64,000 nucleotides of DNA from the IMG/VR virus record IMGVR_UViG_3300032236_001081, positions 1 through 64,000 of that record. One strand, given 5' to 3'. This DNA comes from a virus. Below are positions 7,252 through 15,600 of this stretch, in pieces. The notes under the pieces were generated by a model. That model was given only the letters and a program-made list of their open reading frames with translations, had not been told where the DNA came from and made no database searches. The translations under genes were made by a program, and so were the position numbers. How positions within the stretch are numbered: the first letter of the stretch is position 1; each line of letters opens with the position of its first letter.

Positions 7252-7404
7252 ATGACTAACGAATTCAACCGCGACCTGATGATTTCTATGCTCCGTAAGG
7301 GTCAAAATGGCAATCAAATCCTTGACATTCTAAATGCAATTACTCCTGATAACGATGTGCAGGCAGATGTGACTGTGGAGGATGCTGAACTGATTGAAGC
7401 CTGA
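7252..7404 (+). CDS. Hypothetical 50 aa protein
   Basis: ATG at 7252 after an A/C-rich leader (MTNEFNRDLMISMLRKGQNGNQ). Confidence 0.7.
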   Translation: MTNEFNRDLMISMLRKGQNGNQILDILNAITPDNDVQADVTVEDAELIEA

Positions 7405-7975
7405 TTTCGTGAATAAGTATTCACTGCTACTTCGTGTAGAGTGAATACTTTGATACGGGGGGAGGGTTCGTTATTCTGTGCAAACAGTGGTGTTTACTTC
7501 GTGGTAATTAGCACTGTTTGCATACTTATCCTCCCTACTTCGTCCTGTTGAGCTACATAAACCACAGTCTACTTCGTCGCAGTTCTTTATATCCAATTTT
7601 GGATACGGGGGGAGGGTTAGCTATTATGTGCAAACAGTGCTACTTAGTTCGTTATATGCACCCCTAAATGTAAACAATTCGGCGCAATCACTTCGTGATT
7701 AGAATAGCTGAGAAGTTGACATTACTTCGTGATACTGATAGAATGTGAATTGCGATTGATAGTTACTTCGTGTTACTTTCAGTTGCAATTCTTCGTTTAT
7801 TTGATACGGGGGGAGGGTAGTGTATTTTAATCAAACAGTGTTACTTAATTCGTTATTTTGGCACTTCGTGTATTAGAATAAACAATTAATCGCAGTTCTT
7901 CGTGTATTAGAATTACAGTGTATTATGATTGTTGGGTATTATTAACCCTTACCGATGCCCCCCCCTTATATAATT
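7405..7975 (+). repeat. Non-coding repeat and hairpin tract (candidate replication origin or structured RNA)
   Basis: GATACGGGGGGAGGGT-N13-CAAACAGTG at 7452, 7602 and 7803; 14 TTCGT motifs; long inverted repeats; no ORF. Confidence 0.85.
7716..7744 (+). promoter_or_regulatory. sigma70-type promoter inside the repeat tract
   Basis: TTGACA (7716-7721), 17 bp, TAGAAT (7739-7744), with TG extension. Confidence 0.75.
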
Positions 7976-8135
7976 TCAATGTACTACCCTAAGCTATAAA
8001 CTACCAAATTCGCTAATATATTACATGTCTTCAAAAAAAATTCCCCAGGAAAAAAATATTGATAAAAGTGTTTTTTGTGAGAACTTTGAAATCATATATA
8101 ATTTTTAAACGCCCCCATTGAGAATAGGTAAAACA

Positions 8136-8285
8136 ATGAAAATAGATTTTGATGAATATGAGAAAGATATTCTCTTAGAGACACTTCAATATAGAATTGA
8201 GAATGACGAGAGATTAATACTTAGCGAAGGTATTAAAGATGATATTCAAGAACTTTTAAGAAAAGTAGAAGATGAATACTTATAA
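8136..8285 (+). CDS. Hypothetical 49 aa protein; not in ORF track
   Basis: MKIDFDEYEKDILLETLQYRIE...; AGGT upstream; overlaps the next start. Confidence 0.6.
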   Translation: MKIDFDEYEKDILLETLQYRIENDERLILSEGIKDDIQELLRKVEDEYL

Positions 8286-8436
8286 TATTTCGGTGGAAGG
8301 AAAAGTAGTATTAACTCAAATACCCACTGAAAATATTGAAGAAAACTTAAAGATTATCCGAGGGTTAGTTTGGACACACGGAGGGTCAGATAAGGATATT
8401 ATGGTTTCTATAAATACCAACGAATTGCACTCATAA
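8272..8436 (+). CDS. Hypothetical 54 aa protein; not in ORF track
   Basis: MNTYNISVEGKVVLTQIP...; TAA at 8434-8436. Confidence 0.6.
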   Translation: MNTYNISVEGKVVLTQIPTENIEENLKIIRGLVWTHGGSDKDIMVSINTNELHS

Positions 8437-8458
8437 AATTGACTAGGAGTGCTATAAT
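8409..8458 (+). promoter_or_regulatory. T4-type late promoter plus extended -10 upstream of the GT-like gene
   Basis: TATAAATA at 8409-8416; TGcTATAAT at 8450-8458. Confidence 0.55.
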
Positions 8459-8484
8459 AATCACGTTACATACTTGAAAACAAT

Positions 8485-9243
8485 ATGGCAAAAGGATTTA
8501 CAGTAAAGGCAAAGCCACCTGAGGCAAAGCCCCTTGAGGATGAATTTGATTTACAGGCAGCAAAGGAATTAATTAAAGGAAAGACAATTGTATTTTGTCT
8601 ACCTGGAAGAGGAGTTTCATATGTTTATCTGAAGAACTTTGTTCAACTATGTTTTGACTTAGTTCAAGCAGGAGCTGCCATTCAGATTTCACAGGACTAT
8701 AGTTCAATGGTAAACTTTGCACGTTGTAAGTGCTTAGGAGCCAATGTTCTGAGAGGACCAGACCAAATTCCTTGGGATGGAAAACTTCCTTATGACTACC
8801 AGCTATGGATTGACTCTGACATTGTGTTTAATACCGAGTCTTTCTACCGTCTAGTTGCAATGGATAAAGATATTGCAGCTGGTTGGTATTGCACGGAAGA
8901 TGGACACACTTCCTCAGTAGCTCACTGGTTGGATGAAGATGATTTCCGAGGCAATGGTGGTGTGATGAATCACGAAACCTTGGAAACTATGAGTAAGCGT
9001 CGGAAGCCTTTCACAGTAGATTACACTGGATTTGGTTGGACTTTGATTAAGCATGGAGTATTTGAACATCCTGGGCTAAAATATCCATGGTTTGCTCCAA
9101 AAATGCAAGTTTTTGAGTCTGGAGATGTTCAAGATATGTGTGGAGAAGATGTAAGTTTCTGTTTAGATGCAATTGCAGCAGGTTTTGAAATTTGGTGCGA
9201 TCCTAAAATCCGTGTCGGACATGAAAAAACTCGGGTAATCTGA
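8485..9243 (+). CDS. Conserved cyanophage protein with GT-A (GT2-like) glycosyltransferase motifs
   Basis: WIDSD (DxD), TGFGWTLI, GEDVSFC, C-terminal GHEK; MAKGFTVK start typical of cyanomyovirus core genes. Confidence 0.75.
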   Translation: MAKGFTVKAKPPEAKPLEDEFDLQAAKELIKGKTIVFCLPGRGVSYVYLKNFVQLCFDLVQAGAAIQISQDYSSMVNFARCKCLGANVLRGPDQIPWDGKLPYDYQLWIDSDIVFNTESFYRLVAMDKDIAAGWYCTEDGHTSSVAHWLDEDDFRGNGGVMNHETLETMSKRRKPFTVDYTGFGWTLIKHGVFEHPGLKYPWFAPKMQVFESGDVQDMCGEDVSFCLDAIAAGFEIWCDPKIRVGHEKTRVI

Positions 9244-9254
9244 GAAAATCGTCT

Positions 9255-9283
9255 TTGACAAGCCTATAAGGCTATGATAGAAT
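9255..9283 (+). promoter_or_regulatory. sigma70-type promoter
   Basis: TTGACA-17 bp-TAGAAT with TG extension. Confidence 0.75.
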
Positions 9284-9323
9284 GCTTTGAAAGGAACCAA
9301 ACCACCTTTCAGAGCATTTTTTT
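9281..9323 (+). terminator. Intrinsic terminator overlapping the -10 box
   Basis: ATGCTTTGAAAGG / CCTTTCAGAGCAT stem followed by a T-run. Confidence 0.75.
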
Positions 9324-9406
9324 GTTTCTTTGAAACGTTATAAAATTTTTATGCGTTTTAGAAGCGTAAATGTGCGTAAAAAACCCCCAAATAAGAGAAA
9401 AATTCA

Positions 9407-9544
9407 ATGGCAATGAATAAAAAAACAATGCAAATTGAAAGTAAGCCAAAAAGCACTAGGCAAGGTCAAGGAAAAAACACAAAATACTCCGCAACTAGTC
9501 GGAATAAAGCTAAAAAAGCTTATCACCGACAAGGAAAAGGATAA
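9407..9544 (+). CDS. Small basic 45 aa protein (cyanophage conserved type); not in ORF track
   Basis: PKSTRQGQGKNTKYSATSRNKAKKAYHRQGKG; very K/R-rich. Confidence 0.75.
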   Translation: MAMNKKTMQIESKPKSTRQGQGKNTKYSATSRNKAKKAYHRQGKG

Positions 9545-9570
9545 ATAATATACAAAAAAGACAAGAATTT

Positions 9571-9601
9571 AAATCTATAGAAGAAATTCTATAGATTTTT
9601 T
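9571..9601 (+). terminator. Hairpin, probable terminator
   Basis: AAATCTATAGAA-GAAA-TTCTATAGATTT perfect stem, then T-run. Confidence 0.6.
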
Positions 9602-9633
9602 CTTTTAATCCAAATTCATAGAGGTATTCGGAA

Positions 9634-9975
9634 TTGGAACAGTTTTCTATGGGGTCTCATCTTCTTTTAGAAGTATACGACGTAGAATTTAATCTTCTAA
9701 ATGAAGAAAAACCTCTTTTAGAGGCTATTATTCGGGCGATTTCTCTTGCGAAGATGAATATCTTGAATACTTTCAGTCATTGCTTTAATCCTCAAGGTAT
9801 TACGATTGTAATTGCACTGTCTGAGAGTCATTGTTCTTTACATTCTTGGCCTGAAAATGGATGTGCATCAATAGATGTCTATACTTGTGGTGAAGGTAAT
9901 CCAAAACTTATTGTATTAGAGTTATTGAAATATTTTAACACTGATAATTACACACTAAGAGAATTAGATAGATAG
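9634..9975 (+). CDS. speD: S-adenosylmethionine decarboxylase proenzyme
   Basis: GxHL...F.PQG.T....LSESHCSLHSWPE...DVYTCG; ESH self-cleavage motif; TTG start. Confidence 0.92.
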   Translation: MEQFSMGSHLLLEVYDVEFNLLNEEKPLLEAIIRAISLAKMNILNTFSHCFNPQGITIVIALSESHCSLHSWPENGCASIDVYTCGEGNPKLIVLELLKYFNTDNYTLRELDR

Positions 9976-10041
9976 TTTTTAGGAGATAGGAACCTCCTTT
10001 ATTAAAAGTTCTGTTTTACCCCCTTAAAACAGGAGAATCAA

Positions 10042-10299
10042 ATGTCTAATTTACCCGTAAGTAGAGACCCCGAATATATGAAAAAAATGTGGGGAACTGT
10101 GAAACTAGTTACCGATTACAATAGTACCCCCACAAATCGAGTAATTCAAGAAGTAATGCACGACCTTGCACCTAAGCATAATTTTGCAAAGCCATCTGAA
10201 CTTCATGAGAAAATTCGTAATGATGAAGATTATGATGACTGGGAGTATGGTATGGAGCCAATCTATGGGAAATCTAATAAAAATCTTCTATCAGAATGA
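10042..10299 (+). CDS. Conserved cyanophage hypothetical protein
   Basis: ORF with AGGAG Shine-Dalgarno; YMxxMWGT...DEDYDDWEYG; usual position before g25. Confidence 0.75.
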   Translation: MSNLPVSRDPEYMKKMWGTVKLVTDYNSTPTNRVIQEVMHDLAPKHNFAKPSELHEKIRNDEDYDDWEYGMEPIYGKSNKNLLSE

Positions 10300-10330
10300 A
10301 TAAATAATATACGATTCAAATCCCATATAA

Positions 10331-10732
10331 ATGGCTGCTCAAATATCAAGGAGTTTTAGAGATATTAGTTTATCCTTTGCAAGAAATCCTGTAACTAATG
10401 ATATTCTAGCTCTGAGAAATGAAGATGCCATTAAGAAAGCTGTAATTAATTTAGTGAAGACTCAGATAGGAGAGAGGTTCTTCAATTCATTATTGGGAAC
10501 CTCTACAAATAGTCTGCTTTTTGAATTAAATACAATAGAAGTTTCTTCAGTATTAGAAGAACAGATTACAACTTTATTAGATAACTTTGAACCTAGAATT
10601 AGAGTTAGAAGTATAGTAGTCTCTCCTATAGATGACACAAATGAACTGAATGTAATCATAAATTATGATATTGTTGGATTGCCATTCCCGCCACAAAATA
10701 TAGAGTTCATCTTACAACCGACTAGAATATAA
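10331..10732 (+). CDS. g25: Baseplate wedge subunit gp25
   Basis: FRDISLSF..NPVT.D, GERFF, FEPRI motifs; ATAAATA late promoter at 10300. Confidence 0.93.
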   Translation: MAAQISRSFRDISLSFARNPVTNDILALRNEDAIKKAVINLVKTQIGERFFNSLLGTSTNSLLFELNTIEVSSVLEEQITTLLDNFEPRIRVRSIVVSPIDDTNELNVIINYDIVGLPFPPQNIEFILQPTRI

Positions 10733-12609
10733 TGGCTTTTAATCAATTTACAAATTTAGATTTTAACGATATTCGTACTCAAATTAAAGATTATTTGAGA
10801 GCGAATAGTAATTTCACTGACTTTGATTTTGAAGGGTCTAACTTTTCTAACATCATTGATATTTTAGCATATAACTCATATATCACTTCATTCAACACCA
10901 ATATGGCGGTGAATGAAAGTTTTATTGATAGTGCAACTCTTCGTGAAAATGTAGTATCCTTAGCAAGAAATATCGGCTATGTGCCCCGTTCAAAACGGGC
11001 AGCAAGGGCAATTGCAAACTTTTCGGTAGTCTCGCCCAATAACAAAACTATAACCCTCAAATCGGGCATTGTAGCACTAGGTTCAGTTCAGGGCGGAAAT
11101 TATATATTCTCAATTCCAGAAGATATTATATCCCCAGTGGGGGATGATGGAGTTGCGTATTTTAATAATATAGAAATTTTTGAAGGTTCATATTTTACAA
11201 AATCATATGTAGTTGATAGCTCTCAATTAAATCAAAAGTTCTTAATTCCAAACCCAGGTGTAGATACCTCAACAATCAGAGTTAAAGTATCTACAACTAC
11301 AGTAGAAGAATATAAACAATATCAAAATATATTTGAAGTTAATAAAAATACTAGATTATTTTTAGTTCAAGAAATATTGGATGAAAAATATCAAATTCTA
11401 TTTGGAGATGGCCTTCTAGGAAAGGCGCCAGAGAATAATAGCACGGTTACAATCAGTTATATTATTACTAATGGAATTTCGGGCAATGGTGCGTCTAACT
11501 TCACATTTTCAGGAATTTTAAAGGATAATGAAGATAATACAATTACTGAGGGAATTTCACTATTAACTACAATTCAATCCTCAGAGAATGGAGATTCAAT
11601 TGAACCAGTTGATGCAATCAAATATCTTGCACCTAGAGTTTATTCATCGCAGTATCGTGCAGTTACTGCAAGTGATTATGCTGGATTAATTCCGTATCTA
11701 TTCTCAAATGTAGAGTCGGTAACTGCATATGGAGGAGAAGAGTTGGACCCGCCTCAATATGGAAAAGTATTATTATCAGTAAAGCCAAAGAATGGTTCTT
11801 TTTTATCTCAAGCAACTAAAGAAAGAATTTTAAAACAACTTAAACAGTATAGTGTAGCCGGAGTTAAGCAAGAACTGATAGATTTGAAGTATCTTTATGT
11901 AGAGTTAAATACAAATGTTTACTATAACAAATCAAAGGCTTCGGATGTCAATACATTAAAAACTAATATTCAAAATGCAATTACGAGCTATTCTAAATCT
12001 TCTGATTTGAATAGTTTTGGTGGAAGATTTAAATATAGTAAATTTGGCTCTTTAGTTGATAATGTAAGTGATGCAATTACTTCAAACATTACTAAAGTAA
12101 AAATAAGAAGAAATATAACTCCAGCATATAATAAACTTGCTAATTATGAATTATGTTTCGGAAATCGCTTTCATCTTCAAAAAAATAATTTAAGTGATAA
12201 CCGAGGATACAATATCAAGTCAACTGGATTTAATATTAATGGCGTAGCTTCAACAGTATATCTAAGCGATTCCCCAATAAATGGCACTACCGGAAATGTA
12301 TTCTTTTTTACATTAGATACTGGAATTCCGTTTATTGTGAGTAATAATGCGGGAATTGTTAATTATAAAACAGGAGAGATAAAATTAAATCCAGTAAATA
12401 TTACTAGAAGCGTAGTTGGCTCTGAAATACAAGTTGAAGCAGTTCCTGAATCAAATGATGTCATTGCTTTAAGGGATATATATTTAGACCTTAATATTCA
12501 AAATACAGTCGTAACTATGATAGAAGATACTATATCTTCTGGTGAAAATCTTTCTGCTAGTTCTTATGCAGTAACTTCAAGCTATTCCAACGGTAATTAT
12601 ATTCGTTAA
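10732..12609 (+). CDS. g6: Baseplate wedge subunit gp6
   Basis: LDF..I...K.YL...FTDFDFEGS, QYRAVTASDY, PPQYGKV. Confidence 0.95.
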   Translation: MAFNQFTNLDFNDIRTQIKDYLRANSNFTDFDFEGSNFSNIIDILAYNSYITSFNTNMAVNESFIDSATLRENVVSLARNIGYVPRSKRAARAIANFSVVSPNNKTITLKSGIVALGSVQGGNYIFSIPEDIISPVGDDGVAYFNNIEIFEGSYFTKSYVVDSSQLNQKFLIPNPGVDTSTIRVKVSTTTVEEYKQYQNIFEVNKNTRLFLVQEILDEKYQILFGDGLLGKAPENNSTVTISYIITNGISGNGASNFTFSGILKDNEDNTITEGISLLTTIQSSENGDSIEPVDAIKYLAPRVYSSQYRAVTASDYAGLIPYLFSNVESVTAYGGEELDPPQYGKVLLSVKPKNGSFLSQATKERILKQLKQYSVAGVKQELIDLKYLYVELNTNVYYNKSKASDVNTLKTNIQNAITSYSKSSDLNSFGGRFKYSKFGSLVDNVSDAITSNITKVKIRRNITPAYNKLANYELCFGNRFHLQKNNLSDNRGYNIKSTGFNINGVASTVYLSDSPINGTTGNVFFFTLDTGIPFIVSNNAGIVNYKTGEIKLNPVNITRSVVGSEIQVEAVPESNDVIALRDIYLDLNIQNTVVTMIEDTISSGENLSASSYAVTSSYSNGNYIR

Positions 12610-12611
12610 AA

Positions 12612-15600
12612 ATGTCAGAAATAAAAAGAATAAAAATTCAGAATCTTATAGAGTCTCAAATCCCAGAATTTTTAAACGAGGAATCTCCACTTTTTCAAGA
12701 ATTTCTAAAACAGTATTATACTTCTCAGGAATATACTACAGGATTAAATGACCTTGCAATCAATTTAAATCAATATAAGGGAATTGAGAACTTCAACGCA
12801 GAGACATTTTATAATTCTTGTAAGTTAAGTTCAAATGTATTGTCTTTTGATAATGAAATTTCGGTCAATAGCACTTTTGGATTTCCTAGTTCATACGGAC
12901 TCTTAAAGATAGATAATGAGATTATTACCTATACTGGAATTACTACAAACTCTTTTACTGGATGCGTTCGTGGATTTAGTGGTATTGATGCCAATTCAGA
13001 CCATTCGGAATTAATATTCAAATCAACTTCGGTAGAAGAACATTCTTCTGGAAGTAAAGTATTTAATTTAAATTTACTATTTTTTAGTGAAATATTTAAA
13101 AAGTTTAAGTCTCAATATCTTTTAGGATTTGAAGACCGTAAGTTTTATTCACAGATAAGTTTACAAAATATATTAACCAGAGCAAAAGACTTCTACGCTT
13201 CAAAGGGAACTGATACTTCATATAAGTTGCTATTTAAAGTCTTATATGGTAAAGACATAAGTATCGTTGACCCTAAAAATTTTACAATAAAACCATCTAA
13301 CAATCCAGCTCTAGTTACTAAAAATATTGTTGTTGAAAAAATTAGTGGAGTTGGTGACCCTATAGATTTAATTGGAAAAACTATATCTCAAGCTATTCCT
13401 GGAGGAAGGACTGCTAGTGCTGCAATTTATAATGTAGAGTATAGAAAGACTGATAACAGAGACTTATATGAAATCTCATTAGATTCAGAAAGTTTTATCT
13501 ATAATTTTATTCCTACAAAAAAAACTAATGTAGTAGAGACTATTAATATTAACTCTACTTCTATTTCCGTAGATTCAACTGTTGATTTTCCAAGCTCTGG
13601 TACTGTTTATATAAAACCGGCCAATAGCTTTACTTCTATTCCAATTAATTACCAAAATAAAAGTGCAAATCAATTCCTAAATGTAAGTGGAATTAATATT
13701 GAAGTTCCTTTCAATAGTGATATTATTGAAGATAATTTTGCATACTCTACTTTAGATAATGGCAATATTCTTAAGTTTAGAATATTTAATATTATAGAGT
13801 CTGTTGATTATTCAAAGACTTCTAATTTGAGAGTCGGGGATAAAATTTATCTATCTTCTTTTGGTGAAAATTATCAGGATTTCCCTGAGTATAATAGTTG
13901 GATGTATAATCTTCCAACTTACCATAATATATCAAATATTAATGGTAACATAATTACCACGGTAGATAATATTTTACTTTATAAGGGAGATACTATTGTA
14001 TTATCAGACACTACAATTCCAAATAATCCTACATTAATAGTTCCAGTAGATAGTATTATTTCTAAAAATAAATTTACTGTCTTAGGAGTATTACCTAATA
14101 TTAGGTATAATCGGATTCAAAAAGTTATCAATAAGAGTAGATTAAATCCTAATATTTCCTCCAGAATTCAAAATACTTATATTGACACCTCAACTGATAA
14201 TATAGTTACATTATCTTCAGGACTTCCTGATTACAAAGATATTGTATTAGATAATAGAGAAGTAGGATTAACAATCACAGGAGTTGGAACATATATATTC
14301 TCCACTACTGATACACACTACTTCTATACTGGAGAGAAGATTCATTTTACTCCAAGTTTAGGGTTCAGTGGACTTTCTACTGGAACTTATTTTGTAAATA
14401 GATACTCTAACACTTCAATATCATTAGCTTACAGTTATAGTAATCTTTATGCTAATAATTACATAGGAATTCAAACTAGTATATCAAATATTGGAACCAT
14501 CGTAAAATTAGGGTATGAGGGAAAAAATGACTCAATCCTAGACCATCAAAAATTATTAAAAATATTCAATATCAATAATAAAAATAATGAGGATACAACT
14601 TTAAGTAAAAATACGATTGGCAAGTCTCTAGGATTACTTATTAATGGAGTTGAATTATATTCATCTGCTATATTTAATGAAGGGTATTATTATGGTCAGA
14701 TTAATGATATTGCAATTTCAAATTCAGGGAAGGATTATGATGTCATAAATGCCCCCACAATTCAAATTAGTGACGAAGGGGGGGAAGGTGCTGGAGCACA
14801 AGTTTATGCCAATATGAGAGGCACAGTGAGGGCAATCCGGGTGATTTCTCCAGGAATTGGCTATCAAGTTAAACCTAAGATTTCTATAATTGGTGGAAAT
14901 GGATATGGTGCAGTGCTTGAAAGTAATTTAGTACAGTCACCTATTATATCTTACTTCTTAGGTTCTGCAATATCATTAAATGTGATTACTTTTGCAGGCA
15001 CTCATAAGTTTCAAGATACAGAACAAGTAATTTATCAAAATAATTCAAATCCAGAATTAGTGGGATTAACTAACAACTCCACTTATTATGTTGGTGTTAT
15101 AAATTCAACTCAAATTAAACTATACCGAAATAGAGATGATTCTATCAATAAGACTAATGCAATTGTTATTGGAAATAATGACACTGGAATTTATTATTTA
15201 ACGACTGTTGATATTAAAAATACTATAACTGAAGTATATGTAAAAGATAGTGGAAAAAATTATTCAAGTAAAACTATTAAACTTTCATCTTCAGAATATA
15301 TTGATGATACTACAGTTGGAATTAGCACTTTTGATAACTACATACTTGTTAAAAATCACAATTTAAGAGAGAAAGATATTGTTGTATATTCAACTACGAA
15401 TACAGTAATTTCAGGATTATCTACAACTAATCAGTATATTGTAAGTGTAATTGATACTAATAAGTTTAGATTAGCAGAAGCTGATTCTACAGATTTTTAT
15501 TATAATTATTCAAACAATAGATTTGTAAATCTGAATTCTATTGGTTCAGGAACACATACTTTTAAATATCCACCTATTCAAGTGGTGGTAGAAACTACCT

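Noticed and set aside
7405-7975. CRISPR or mini-CRISPR array
   Set aside because: Repeats are 16+9 nt with 150 and 201 nt periods, the spacers themselves contain repeated motifs, and there are no cas genes in the window
6345-8135. tRNA genes in the non-coding tracts
   Set aside because: The TTCG motifs are not in a T-arm/cloverleaf context and no acceptor stems were found
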